A stretch of DNA of 62,865 bases, filler included, from Rhabdomonas costata (lineage: Eukaryota): assembly GCA_019059605.1 (NCBI GenBank). It is 41 parts of 41 records of this genome, joined end to end, with 100 filler letters (N's around TTAATTAATTAA, not from the genome) between each part and the next. Parts side by side here need not be neighbours in the genome. Positions count along the whole stretch, not along the records: positions 26,118 to 27,553 come from JAHMHO010016007.1; positions 27,654 to 29,088 come from JAHMHO010016008.1; positions 29,189 to 30,624 come from JAHMHO010016009.1; positions 30,725 to 32,160 come from JAHMHO010016010.1; positions 32,261 to 33,696 come from JAHMHO010016011.1; positions 33,797 to 35,232 come from JAHMHO010016012.1; positions 35,333 to 36,770 come from JAHMHO010016013.1; positions 36,871 to 38,305 come from JAHMHO010016014.1; 33 more parts are not named here. The stretch is one strand, 5' to 3'. Numbering within the stretch: the first letter of the stretch is position 1; each line of letters opens with the position of its first letter. Positions 26,018 through 39,059 of the stretch are shown piece after piece. The notes below the pieces were generated by a model. It ran no database searches. It saw nothing but the letters and a program-made list of their open reading frames with translations, and was not told the DNA's origin. Made by a program: the position numbers and the translations under genes.

Positions 26018-27129
26018 NNNNNNNNNNNNNNNNNNNNNNNNNNNNNNNNNNNNNNNNNNNNTTAATTAATTAANNNNNNNNNNNNNNNNNNNNNNNNNNN
26101 NNNNNNNNNNNNNNNNNTGATGGTGTGAAGGTTGGGCATAACGCGCTGGCTGTTGACTGAATGGCTGTTGGTGACCGCTGTCGACCGACGGGCTCACGCG
26201 CTGCGCTGTTCAAGATAGTGAGGGTGTGCGTTGGGGTGTAGGGGAAAAATAGGCAAATCACTTTTTGACCCGCAAGATGTGCCAAAACCTCTGTGATCAC
26301 CTGCAAATTCTTTGACTTTTTCACCCCGTCAATATATCACCAACGGCATCCCTCCATGGATGAACACTTGTTTCACGTGCCTCCCCCCCGCGCAACAGAC
26401 AATGTTGCGGCCACGTAGCTGGCAGAACCAACCCCTAGAACCAACATTGTCTACAATCGGGGGGAGGGGGGTTAAAACCAGCCGCCATCACCCAGACTTC
26501 TCAGAGAATCGATACAGAATCGAAAGGGTAGATACAATCAACGAGAATACCAAGAAGGAAGGTCACAACACAGAAAAACCGGTAAATCAGAAAGTGATCA
26601 CAGATTTTTGTCACACATTGCGGGTGTGTCACTTCCTGCAGGAAAGAGTCTCAATACGCGTTGGTGACTGAGTCTGGATTTTCGCCTACATCGACATTTT
26701 CTGCTTAGCCGCAGGCGCTTTTTTAGAGTCTGGACCCCGATGGGTAGACCTGTGCTGAATTTTCGGGGAACAAGCTGTTGAGGTTTGCTAAATGCCAGGG
26801 TGGGGACGGGCGCAGCATGCCTAATCCTGCTCAACCCCGATAGATGGTTCAACTTCTCACCCTCCAACATCCACATCACACAGCGTTCCGCTTCGACTTT
26901 GCCTGTGTTCACTGCGCCTCGCAGTCCCTGCCCATCCTTGTCTCTCAGTCTTCTCGCGCCGCCTCAAAAGTCACAACCAAACATCCTCTATCGCAGGCAT
27001 TTTCAGAAATAGAAGCTGAAACGGGGGGTGTTTTTTTACCTGGAGATGGTTTTGCTTCTTTTTGTTTCGTTCCTTGCGTTTCTGCTCTCGCTTCTTCTTT
27101 CTGAAGGTGCCGCGGGCATGGCTGAGCGT

Positions 27130-27553
27130 CTATGTAGCGTCGGATTGAATGTCGCCTGCTTCGGCTTCCCTTTTCCCCGCCTGCTTCTCTTTGGTACGCA
27201 ACACCGCGTTTTCCCTGTATAACCATTCTGTCTCAGCCCGCTTTGCTGCTCACCATGAAACATAAGTGAGACAGCTTGACAAATAAATGCTGAACTCTTG
27301 CTGCCAGACCAGTAACCTTTTCCCGCTGGGTCAAGACGACCTTAACGAGAAATCACACATTGCTGCCACCGCACCCCTCTCTCCCTGCCAACCTGTACAG
27401 AGGCAGCTCTGGATCTTCGGCATCCTCATCCTCCTCGTCGACAACCATGTCCTGGGCGGCCGGGGGCAGCCCGGACTCGCGGGCCAGAGCGGGATCGTCC
27501 GAGGCCGCGGCGGCCTGCATCCGCATCTTGATCCGCTCCTCGCGGTCCCTCTC
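27130..27553 (-). CDS. Uncharacterised protein, last 2 exons (27553-~27399, 27214-27130)
   Basis: RDREERIKMRMQAAAASDDPALARESGLPPAAQDMVVDEEDEDAEDPELP, phase-2 GT donor (27398 or 27392), then ACAG|ENAVLRTKEKQAGKREAEAGDIQSDAT*. Confidence 0.65.
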
Positions 27554-27699
27554 NNNNNNNNNNNNNNNNNNNNNNNNNNNNNNNNNNNNNNNNNNNNTTA
27601 ATTAATTAANNNNNNNNNNNNNNNNNNNNNNNNNNNNNNNNNNNNNNNNNNNNGTTGTTGGGGTGGTTGGAGTGGTTGATGCTGGGTTAAGTGGCATTG

Positions 27700-29088
27700 T
27701 TTCAACCCATACGCATACTCAACAGTACCGGTAGAAACAATGCCACTCAACCCAGCATCAACCACTCCAACCACTCCAACACCACGAGAAGCATAAATAC
27801 AAGCATCCAACACTACGCTAACACTAGAAGCAAGAATCCTGACACCACCGCACAGACCATCCTCCAACACTCCAGAAACAAACACAATATCAGCACTACC
27901 AGCAGGAACAAACACACCACTACTCTGACACTCCACCAACACCTCACACCAGCAGCAGGACCATAACACAAGAAGAAGACACAGGAAGCACTACACCAAC
28001 GCTAACAACAGGAACACCAACACAACACTCCAAATAAACAGAAACAGAAACAGGAAGCACAGAACCACCACTACAAGACACAGAGCCCCAACCAGACACA
28101 CAATCATGCATAGAATAAGAACACCGATACAGAAGGACACACAGAAAAAGCAACATCACCCATGGCACCGGACACAACAACACGTGTAATAGACAGAGAC
28201 CGAGACAGAAGGACACAGAAAAGTACCATAACCAGCTCCAACCACACCACCTCCTCTAACAATACCACCATCAAGAACACTACACAGGATGCACTACCAC
28301 ACTACCACCATAAATGCCAACAACGCCTCCTCCAACAACGCCAACAGTACCATAGTCAGGCACACCAAAAGAGCCATCCATGTCAACAACACTACTACCC
28401 CAAGAACAAACGCAACACCAACGCTACAAACAGAGCCAATACAACCGTCATGAATGTCAACACCTCCAACCACTGAGACAGACACAGCATCAACACAAAG
28501 ACCAACTCCAACTCCTGACACAACTCCACAACCAACGCTACCACCAACACCTACGCTACCACAATACACTACTCCTCCAACACTACCTACAGACACAGAC
28601 ACAGCAACACCTCCATCATACCCTACTACTACGTTAGACACAGAACCACACACAGAACCGTAACACCTACCCATAGAAGAAGAAGAACATACGCGCGAAG
28701 AACCCATAGCAACACAATGCACATTCACTACATCAATCGCACCGACGAGGATAGCCAGACCCAGACCCACAAGCACACCCACACACATTCCTGCACATAA
28801 TCCTAATGAATAGACTGGAGACAACACCGCCGAACCAACGCAAGCACGTAAAGAAACAATTGACGTAGCGAAGTAGAACAAAACGACAACGGAACCAAGC
28901 ACCCGAACACTGAAACCTACCCAACCAACGCTTGCGCGCCAACCTAAACCAACGTGACTATGACATATGCGGACCTAAACAAAGCACAACGAACCCCAAA
29001 AACCAGAAGCACACCAACGCCAACACTACCCAAACACGCACAACCACTGTCGATACACTATAGCGAAGGAACCCAGAAAACAACCAAC
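27700..29088 (+). other. Strongly A/C-skewed low-complexity region with interrupted Thr/Pro-rich coding potential
   Basis: The + strand is markedly G/T-poor. Fragments such as TPPTTETDTASTQRPTPTPDTTPQPTLPPTPT are broken by stops and frame changes. Confidence 0.55.
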
Positions 29089-29383
29089 NNNNNNNNNNNN
29101 NNNNNNNNNNNNNNNNNNNNNNNNNNNNNNNNTTAATTAATTAANNNNNNNNNNNNNNNNNNNNNNNNNNNNNNNNNNNNNNNNNNNNGGGTGTGGTGGG
29201 TGAGCGTCAGAAGCTCCTCCCCCGTGCCAAGGCTCAAAACTCGTAACGGGGACTCGTCGTCCGAAGCAACGGCCACGTGGATTCCTAAACGTCACGCGGT
29301 AATTTATTCTTATTTGAGGAGGGATCAGTCAGGTTAAGCAGACAAAGTGAAACACGCGTTAACACCGTTGGGTGAGAGCGCAC

Positions 29384-29588
29384 AGCCCCGGATGGGGCCC
29401 AAGCGGGTCAACACTCGCGGCGGAGGCCGCGACCGCAACTCTTCTGAGATGACGTCCATCAGCCTGGAATGCGGCGACCATGAGCACAGCATCACACCCA
29501 CCTGCAGTACCTCTGCAGGGTGCAGGCGGGCAACCACTGCGCCCCACAGGTCGCTGGGGAGCCCAGCGACTGAGTCCTTCACAGCCAT
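29384..29588 (-). CDS. F-box-like protein, probable first exon
   Basis: MAVKDSVAGLPSDLWGAVVARLHPAEVLQVGVMLCSW fits the LPxdlwxxixxxLxxxelxxxxxvC F-box pattern near an ATG. The 3' boundary is approximate. Confidence 0.5.
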
Positions 29589-32500
29589 GACCTCTCTCCT
29601 TTTCGTCTCACTCTGATTACACTGCAAAAATTCCACCACCACCTCCGAAACAAAAGCGCAACAATGAAATCCTGCCTCAAGGAAGAAATTATTGCTCTTG
29701 TACCAAACTTAAATTTCGTTTCGAGCCCACTCGCACAGTTTACAGTTTCAAGGTAAAAAGAACACAAAGGCAGCTCTCTGTCACAACCCCCAGAATCAAC
29801 TGTCAACCGGGCCGAAGTGCAGAACAGCTAAAGCCAAGGAGACGAAGACTGAGACGACATAACTTGCAGCCGACTATCATTGTTCCCCAAATGAGCCCTG
29901 TAAAAAAGCTGAACACGCAAAATATGCGAGAAAGAACGGATAATGCTGGTACTGGTTTGACTGTCTTTGTGGGCGTCGACGGGCCCTCACTGCCCCGCCT
30001 CCCAATTGTTACGGGGATTGGCTCCAACATAGAGCGCGTTGCGCGGTCTGCGGTCTGTACAAATCGACAGCACCATGGAAGGGTGACGTCTCCGAAAGCC
30101 TTTTCATCCTCTTCAATTCAAAGCTTACATCAACCCAGGGAGAGTAAGTCCGCACCTTGCTTTTTTTTTTTGAAGGTGAGTCAAATTAGTCACAGGAAAG
30201 CATTGTCCTCGAATAATCAGGAATACAAACCTATCCGAAAAATGAAGATCAGTACACTTCTCTGTGTCTTTTCCCTTTGATCAGTGCACTTCTCTGTGTC
30301 TTCTCTGTGTCTTTCCCCTGAATCATCATGCAAACAAAAATATATCACGATTTCCCTCGTCACCCCCAAAACGTCCTTTTCGCATGAAACAGCTTCTTGT
30401 TGTACTCAGGGTTCCTTGTTTTTTGTGGGTGATGAATTTCCTTCACTTGCTAAGACGCAGATCACGGATGTCGTCCCAACCCAGCACCGCTCCCCAGCCG
30501 GCCATGAAACGATTTGTGCAAATCGTTAACAAGGTGGTTTTTTGTTGCAACTTTTGTGATTCCCTTCTACGTTAGATTGTTGATTTGAGTGGACGCCACC
30601 CCCACACCCAAACACACCCACAAANNNNNNNNNNNNNNNNNNNNNNNNNNNNNNNNNNNNNNNNNNNNTTAATTAATTAANNNNNNNNNNNNNNNNNNNN
30701 NNNNNNNNNNNNNNNNNNNNNNNNGTTGTTTTGTAGAACTTGAGCAGTCGGCTACTATGGTTACTTTGGTGCCTTCTCCGTGTGTTGCGGTGGTTAGTCC
30801 TGAAGACCTATCTTGGGCGATGGTCTACCACCAGCTAAGACGAGAGGGAGAAGCAGGATTGCAGAACTGTGATCTTGCCGGTGACGTTATTTCTACTGCG
30901 GTGGTTTCGGTTCGAGCCTTTCACTGCTCACGGCCTCAAACCGCAAAAAGAAACGTCCGCAGTGAAACAACAAACCTGTACATCAAGCAAAGCGGCGCCA
31001 TGCACCGGCGGTTTCTGTTTCTTGTTCCCCGCGAAAAAAAGATCAAAGAGATCAAAAATTCAAATTCCAGTGCTACCGCCGCCTTGCATGAGGAGCGCGC
31101 GGGCGCTGCCCAACGGCACCCACATAGACTTTCGTCGGGAAAACCATATCCACCATAGGAAGTTTTAGGACTTTCTGCACGATGCGTCTGTGTCTATGGG
31201 AGAAATACAGCAGAGGCAGCACTTCAAGCATCAGCTGCGGCACTGGGCGTCCTGTTTCCACGCTAGAGATCGCACGGCATGGGAGAAGCTTTTCCAGACT
31301 TGCAGCTCTGCCCACTCCTTCGCCAAAGCCAAATCACCGAAGGCTGCCCACGGCCAAACAGGAGACAAACATCGGCCACAGCCCGCTGCTTGCCATGCGC
31401 GGTGATAAATTGGAAATGCCAAAGCATTCCAAGCATCCTGAAGCATCGGTGCTGCAAAGAGGCCCGCCGTGCTGTCAGCTGCATCGGAGACTCTTTTGCA
31501 GCAGCGGGAGAATCCACCGCAGAAATCACACAGGTTTTCTGAATCTCATTCAATAGAAGCTTGAATTCCGCGAGTGGGAAGTCCATGTCTCCATTCACAG
31601 CTCAAAAAGAGACGCATGCTCAGCAACCGTTGCACTGTCACCGGGCACGAATTCCTTTGGGGGCGCAGCCGCTTCACCACAGCTCACACCAATCATACAC
31701 CACACCACATTGCAGCACAGCGTTGCCACCATCCGGCAGCCAGCCGCAATTGCAGCAACGCCCGCCCTGAGGCCGTAACGGCCCATAACTCCGCCGCACC
31801 GAAACAACTGAGCTTGTTATGCAGCACCAACTTCACGCAGGCCAAGATCTGCAACGCAGCCGCTTCCTACGGAAAGGACCAATCGTTTTGCTGGACCCAA
31901 GCGCACACCAGACGGTGAGAAAGCCGACCACGGAGACAATGACGTCCCAAAGCGTCATAGAGCCGTCATACAGCTGAGTCCACAGAGCCTAAGCCCAGCA
32001 GCAGCACAAGTTCCTTAAGGCCACCTGCGTCAAACTCCACCACCGGCCCCAGAGAAAACAATTTCCGCCTCCATTCCGCTCCAAAACGTTCCTGCAAACC
32101 TGCTAGCAACTTCCCACAACTCGGCATAGCACATCTAGCACTTCTCCCACACACCCCACCNNNNNNNNNNNNNNNNNNNNNNNNNNNNNNNNNNNNNNNN
32201 NNNNTTAATTAATTAANNNNNNNNNNNNNNNNNNNNNNNNNNNNNNNNNNNNNNNNNNNNGCAGTTGCCAGTCATTGCCCACCATTTTGCCCTATGCCAA
32301 ATTCTGCTGAGGAGTCCCGACTCCGCTGGGATGATCTGGGATGATTGAATCACGCTGTGGCACCCAGCAAGGGATGTTTGTGGTCCTCTGATCTTCGCTG
32401 TTACGGTTCAGAGTTTGGCCTCCATGGCGGCGGGTGTTGAGGGAACTTCTTGGGTATCTGGACGATGGCACCCAGGCGGGATATGTTGATTCTAGCCAAG

Positions 32501-33077
32501 GCCGTGGAAAGGTTGGAACCAGCAGCTGCGGCAATCGAACTGAAACTCAACAGAGAGAAGCGCCCGGGGCCGCTTGTTTCTGATGATGTTCCCGCTGCAA
32601 TGCAGGGTATATACCCTGGGTGCCGTGGACTTATGAAACCCTGTGGGCCATTCCCTTCTGATGCCCACGTCTACAGTCCTGATTATTGCACACTTTGGAG
32701 ACCGTTCTGCGTGCCGCGCGAGCTGCCCGCCCTTCACCACCGCGGCCCATTTGTTTGAAGTTTGTGTTTGCCGTTTGTTCTGCGTTCTCCGTTCGGGTTT
32801 GCCGCCCACGACTTTTTGTATTGCGTACGGCTTTACACCAAACTAGACATTGTAAATATTTTCCCGTGAGGATTGCGGGGTGCACCATCCCGACCGTGCT
32901 CTTGGCCGTTCGTGCGGGCATGCCCTGTGCAACTTTCTGTGAATTTTTTCTTGTAAAATGTTTGTTAATTAATTAAATGCACAAATTGCATTTTATGCTA
33001 AATTAATGCATTTAGGAATGAATTTATGTCATTTTGTGCATTCATGTCAACGACACAAATGCCTCTCAAATGCTCCT

Positions 33078-33230
33078 AACCAAGTCGGGGTTGGTGTTCA
33101 AACGCTTGTGAATTGATTGTCCATAGCGTGAGGGAGTGGCGGGAAACTGCTTGTGGCACGCTCTGCCTTACACAGTTAGATTTTCGCAATGCCTTCAATT
33201 GCTTGGCGGTTTGTGGCGGTGCGAGAGCAA
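33078..33230 (+). mobile_element. Decayed CRE-like reverse transcriptase fragment (RT domains 2-3)
   Basis: NQVGVGV/(frameshift)NACELIVHSVREW...LCLTQLDFRNAFN matches the QxGVG..GxEaIVH....lDFxNAFN signature of CRE-clade RTs. Upstream 32450-32700 may be the degraded N-terminal part. Confidence 0.7.
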
Positions 33231-34623
33231 AGGGTGGATCCCACTTTGCTGGAGCACTTCTCCTCTTTCTTCGTCCATCCGGTCGTCTTTGTGAGTAGAC
33301 CCCACGCAGCACTTAGCACACAGGCCTACCTACACCCTGCCATCATTTGCTACCCTAAGGAATCCGTGTTCCCCACCCTGTCTTCCGGGTAGGTTTGTTG
33401 ACTTTGTCCCCTTGTGAATAACACCAACAACATCCACGGCATGTGTTCTCCATTTTCAGTTTCCTCTTGATCACCTGACCTCCAAGGATTCTACACAAAA
33501 GGATTTTCCTTCGTTGCCAGTGTAAGTTATTGCATTGGCAATAACCGGACCCTGAACACTCTTTGCGCTGCCGGCGTGAAAACTGTCCTACAATGCTCAG
33601 CATAAATGCTAACGTAATTGCAACGCAATTGGGGGGTCACGGGATTCACCAGCTAACAAGACCTGCTCTTCTGGGGACGAGCGCGTCCCCAACACCNNNN
33701 NNNNNNNNNNNNNNNNNNNNNNNNNNNNNNNNNNNNNNNNTTAATTAATTAANNNNNNNNNNNNNNNNNNNNNNNNNNNNNNNNNNNNNNNNNNNNTTGT
33801 GACTCTCCTTTTCTTTTGCATGGTGCTCTCAATGCCTTGCTGTGTGGGTAAGCTGGTGCGGAGCGCACCTCGACCTGTCCCGTCCTGTCCCTGTCCTCGG
33901 TGAAGCCGGTGGACCGTCTAATGGCATGCAGTGGAAACGCTGGTGCATGGTCTGCCCCTTTATTGTATCGCCCGCCCTTTTTGCTCGTATGCTTGCACTG
34001 CGGGCGTTTGATGAGTTTGTGTCATGTCATATGCGCGCAGCTGTGTTCTTGTACCATGAAAGTCGACCGCTTGGACTGCTCCTTTTGGACGTTCTTTGTA
34101 CAGCGTTGGGAGCTGCAGAACACTCTTTGCGTGGCAACGGTGGGCTTATCGGTGGCAACGGTGCATCCGAGTGATGACCATCCTGCGAGCGGTCGCCGAC
34201 TCAAGAATGTTGCCTTTTGGGGGGAATCTTTTCCTGGCATTCCAACCCACGCGAAACCTCGCTCCGACCGTTGGATGTCTCCAATGCTTTCCCAAAGAGA
34301 GGACGCTGGTATTTCCTCTCCTTAAATTCTAATATTCTTTGAATTACAGTTGTCCAGTCCAAATGCGCAAGAAGAGTAACACTCGTCACGAAGAGCTTCG
34401 GCAGGTGTCATTCTTTGTGGTTGTAGGTGGCGGTCTTGTAGGGAGTGGGGGCGATGAAATTTCTTTCTTCTTCTTTTTTTAGGCATTGTTTTGTTTGTGA
34501 GGTGGTGTAACGCCCTCACCTCACCTCACCTCTTGTTTCTTCCCTGTGTTTGCGTGTGCCCCCTGACTGTGCGTTGTTTATTGTTTGTTTTGCTTGGGAG
34601 AGGGAGAAGGGAGAAGGACGGCG

Positions 34624-34764
34624 ATGGCCTCGGGCGCGGGCACCCGGCTGGCTCCGCTGCCCGCTGTGGGAAGCAGCACCGCCGCGGCAGCCCGCTCGCA
34701 GATGCAGAGCGGGCTTATGGGCTCTGGGTCCCCGACCTACCCGGCCTCTATGCTGTCTGCCACG
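34624..34764 (+). CDS. Possible first exon of an unknown protein
   Basis: ATG after a T-rich tract, 47 GC-rich codons (MASGAGTRLAPLPAVGSSTAAAARSQMQ...), GT donor at 34765. Confidence 0.4.
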
Positions 34765-35551
34765 GTGCCCCTGCGTGTGTGTATTGTGCGTGCGTGCTTA
34801 GCTGCACGGTTGAGAGGTCTCTTCTGCATCATTTGGAACCATTTCGCAAACGTTGGCTGGGTAGCTTGCAGTGCTGCCTAAATGGACATGCTGGCCCATT
34901 CTGTGGGAGAAATGCGAGATGACACACTCAGCATTGACAGGGCCCCAAGGTGCCGTGTAGCGACGGAGGGCAGCAAATGGCGAGATTCTGGTGTGATTGC
35001 CAATCAAACGCTTCACTCTGAATTGATGCGAACAGTGGAGGGATGAAGAAGACAAGAGCAATTTAGCCCAATGCACCACTCCTCTCTCCAAATAAAGGAA
35101 TCGCCCAATTTTTGTTTGTTTGTTATTCATGCTGGGAACAAGAGTGAGTTACTTATGCCGGGTGCCGACGTTGTGGAAGTGCCTACAACGGTTTCACGTG
35201 AAAAGCGAGGACTTCTCTTGAACAACCCAACCNNNNNNNNNNNNNNNNNNNNNNNNNNNNNNNNNNNNNNNNNNNNTTAATTAATTAANNNNNNNNNNNN
35301 NNNNNNNNNNNNNNNNNNNNNNNNNNNNNNNNGTGGGGTTTGAACAGTTCCTCTGACCCGTGTGGACCGAGGGAGCTGCCTGAAGGGTACTGGTCAGCTG
35401 AAACGGATTTTTAACGGATAGGTCGACGGCGCGGCATTCACATCAGGAGAAAAAAGCCTTCCACGCACAAATCAGCTGGTCCCAGGTGTTCAGCGGCACT
35501 TCCGCTGGGCAGCGATGCTGACTGTTTTTTTTCCATGTTTTTTCTTTTCAG

Positions 35552-35611
35552 GGGTATGGCTACTACCATTGCCGCACCTGTGGGGCCAAGTGGAAGACTC
35601 GCCAGGGCTGA
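35552..35611 (+). CDS. Terminal exon with a CxxC-xxKW zinc-ribbon-like motif
   Basis: Long polypyrimidine tract + CAG|GYGYYHCRTCGAKWKTRQG*. Confidence 0.55.
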   Translation, partial: GYGYYHCRTCGAKWKTRQG

Positions 35612-35757
35612 GCTTCAGTGTGTGCATCGGATGCTGCCTTCGCTCTGACGCGTAAGTACGCTAAGTACTTTTTTTCTCAATCTCCCTGTAACAATGCTTT
35701 CCTGCGTGGTTGCTGTCCCACCCCCATCGCCGCTTCGGCCTGTCCTTCGTGAATGTG

Positions 35758-35761
<4 letters not shown>

Positions 35762-35790
<29 letters not shown>
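35762..35790. repeat. (CA)n microsatellite
   Basis: Directly visible. Confidence 0.95.
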
Positions 35791-35793
<3 letters not shown>

Positions 35794-37148
35794 CTCTCTC
35801 TCCACGCGGTCGTCTTCTTGTGCTGGGTTGGATGGTGTAATTCAAGCCTTCCAGCCCCCCCCCCCCCTTCGGTCAGGTCTGCGCTTCTTTTTCTGTAATT
35901 CTGGGGGCAGAGTATGGTGGTCGTTATTCTCAGTGCAGTGATTTTCAGCGCGCGGGGCTGCGGTTCATTCCCACCCCAAGTTTGCTGCCGCAGTTCTGTG
36001 GAGTCATCCCCCAGCATTGTTCTTTGGCCAAGTGCCCATTCTCGCAAAGCCCCCGGCCTATCTCGCGCCCACCAACACATCCACATCCACTCTCAAACAC
36101 ACTGCCCTTTTCTTCTGCTCGGCTTGGTTGGGACCTCAGGTCCCTCTGGTCATTTTTGCATCTTTGGTCGCCTTTTAGGTCAGTTTTTTCATCACTCGTT
36201 CTTTTTTGCGCCTATCATGGGTCGGTGCTATGTGTGGTTTTCATCATCCGGTGTTTCAACTTTTCGTTCAGTCACAAAAAGGTCTAGACCGTATGCGTTC
36301 ATTTTCCCTTCCTCCCCACGTACATCCCTCCACTTGGTTACTTGCCACATTCTTTGACCTTTCCCCATGAGCTCCCTCCCCTTCGAGAGCTGGGCAGTGG
36401 AATTCCGTTGGCAGCAGCAATCACTTGACCAAGGGGCTGCCTGTGCCGGCATCAGTGCCGCTCCTCTTTTGCGGAGTTTTGCTGCGGACCTCCCTTTTTG
36501 CCCTTTTGTTCTCGCTTCGCGTGCAGACATGAGCGAGACGAAAGAGCAACTACCACAGAAAAAATGTACCCTTGGCCAGCCCTGTACAAGGGCTAGCAAG
36601 CGGCTGCTGCTCGAATATACCGATCCATTCCGTGCCGCCTCTTCCAGCACCTTAGCTGTGATATCCATTTTCATGTCGCTGGGCGCTGGGCGGGAAGACT
36701 GGCCGTGAACTTCGTGAATTTAACCCACACCGCGTGCGGTGGCGACAATTCAGCACACCCACCCCCCACCNNNNNNNNNNNNNNNNNNNNNNNNNNNNNN
36801 NNNNNNNNNNNNNNTTAATTAATTAANNNNNNNNNNNNNNNNNNNNNNNNNNNNNNNNNNNNNNNNNNNNGACCTTTTCTGGTGGTCGCACAACCCAGCG
36901 TGTTTGTGTGTGCGTGTGTGTGTGGCCGAAGAGGTGGGAAAAAGGAAATGTAGAAAGACCAGAGGGAGAAGACACGGTGATACACGAGAAACTGCAGCTT
37001 CAAGGGGCAGTTGATTCTAAATGCTTGGAAGAAATTCAAAAGTTTTTGCCAATAGAACCGTTTGCTGCGCACCACAAAAGAAAAAACGAGCCCAATGTTA
37101 CGGGGAGGACTTTGGAATGGTTCCTCTGGAACCCGTGGTCCTCTTCAG

Positions 37149-37268
37149 GGTCATCGTCAAAGACAAGCGCTGGCTTCTGCTGCCGAGCCATCTGCTGGGG
37201 AGGCAGCGGGGCCACCCCTGGAGGAGTTCTTCTCGTGGACGCACCAGTCCCTTGAAGGAAATGAGGAG
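37149..37268 (+). CDS. Putative internal exon of an unknown protein
   Basis: TTCAG|GHRQRQALASAAEPSAGEAAGPPLEEFFSWTHQSLEGNEE|GTGCTC, 120 nt, phase 0/0. Confidence 0.4.
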
Positions 37269-39059
37269 GTGCTCAGGATAAGAACACGTGGACTGAAAAA
37301 CTTTGTGTGCGTTTATTGGATTTGAACGAGGAAATTTTCTCTCTTGAACGGCCTTTCTTTCAGAACTGCAGTATTCGGTCAGTACCGAACAGGCCGATTT
37401 TTACAAGAGCAATAAAACGAGCGTTACGACAGGTGAAAGCAAGCAAGGCAGGAGACCAAATCACGAGAGAATGGCAAACACGACGCGCTTGGTCCGTTTC
37501 TCCCCCTCCCTCCCTCCTCCCTGGTGATAGCGTATCAACATTTATCTACCGACATTTTTTCTCCTCTGCCGCTGACGCCTGGAACGCCGCGACGGCTCCC
37601 AATAACTGGTCTGTTAAAGCCCAGCGAGGGCCAAGGCCTCAGCCATTCTGAAATTGGCAACGGTCTGATGCTGAGTCTGATGCTGCTTTGATGGTCAACA
37701 GAATTGTCAAACGGTCATGGGATTTGAGGTTCCAAACTTCCCGCAAAGACATTCCTCATTGAAATCCCTAACGACGATAGAGCGACAAAATGCTGATAGC
37801 AAACGCGCTATCGTCTTGTTGCCGTCGCTATCGTGTTTTCAAATGATAGAAAACGCTGTCGTGATTTAAAGGGGGGGGGGAGACCAAGGCCAACACCACA
37901 CGACAGCAAACAATTTCTGAACTTCAAAAGAAAGCGCATCCACCACAAAATACCCAACCAAAACAACAACCAGTGACACCGCGCCGTGAGAACACCCAAT
38001 TAAGGGCCATCTCTACGTTGCCTCCCTGCACGAAATCAGCACACACATGTGCAGCCGACGGAAGGAGTGATCTGTGCGCTGACAAGGCTGATTTGGTGGT
38101 GTAGTTTGGTCCTTTCATCTTCAGGACATGCTCAAGTTTAATGTGACTTGCCCAAAGTTCGAATGAAAATACAAGTGTTAAGTCCACAACAAGAACATCA
38201 AAAATCAAGCTTCAAAACTGCTCCGAGAACAATTAAAAATGTCCAAGTTAAATTTGAGGTCAAAGTTGACTTCAAATTTAAGTTCAATTCAATATTCCAC
38301 AAAACNNNNNNNNNNNNNNNNNNNNNNNNNNNNNNNNNNNNNNNNNNNNTTAATTAATTAANNNNNNNNNNNNNNNNNNNNNNNNNNNNNNNNNNNNNNN
38401 NNNNNTGTGCGGGTGGCTGCCCGGCCAGCCAGCGAGACTGAGCGAGAGTGCGACGAGACCTCAGACATCTTCATAAGAAGGAAAAGCGATTTCTTGAGGA
38501 CAGAAAAATGGTGGGCTGCGAATTGATCAATCTGGCTCCTTCGCTGGCGACTTGTTGGGGCAAGGAAGGAACTGCGTTCTTAGCTTCATTCTTTCGATCG
38601 TGGCATGAAGGAACGCGTTATGACGTTATTACAACAGACACAAAATGCGTTGCTTCCGCATTGCTCAGATGCCGCCACACACAGTGAAAGCGGATCGCAA
38701 GACCGACTCCCGACTTTTTTGAGCCATTGTTAAATTGACGCGAGGGATTCACGAACCTCAGAGATCGCTCCTCTAACTCCCATACATCCGCGGGCCAAGA
38801 CCGGATTTTGAGGTGGGACAAAGAAAACCAGGCCCCCAACAGCCGAAGCGTGATAAACAGCCCTATCCGAACGAGGCTAGGCCCGTCCTTTCCTTGACAC
38901 GTGCACAAATAATTCGCCTGACCGAAGCGCAGCCTCTTATCCCCGGGGGCACACTCCAGTGCGTGTGCGTTCTCTCCATGTACAGATTCACTGCTGCGGA
39001 CCTCCAGTGTTGGTGTCCAATAACTAACTTTAACTGACCCCGCTGGGCGTGTGCGAGCC

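Noticed and set aside
28294..28902. 202-aa Val/Gly-rich minus-strand ORF (also 140-409)
   Set aside because: Shadow of A/C-rich Thr-type sequence on the opposite strand.
30905..30925. GGTTCGA B-box-like motifs (also ~40563, ~43300, ~50826)
   Set aside because: No cloverleaf stems or A-box could be built around them.
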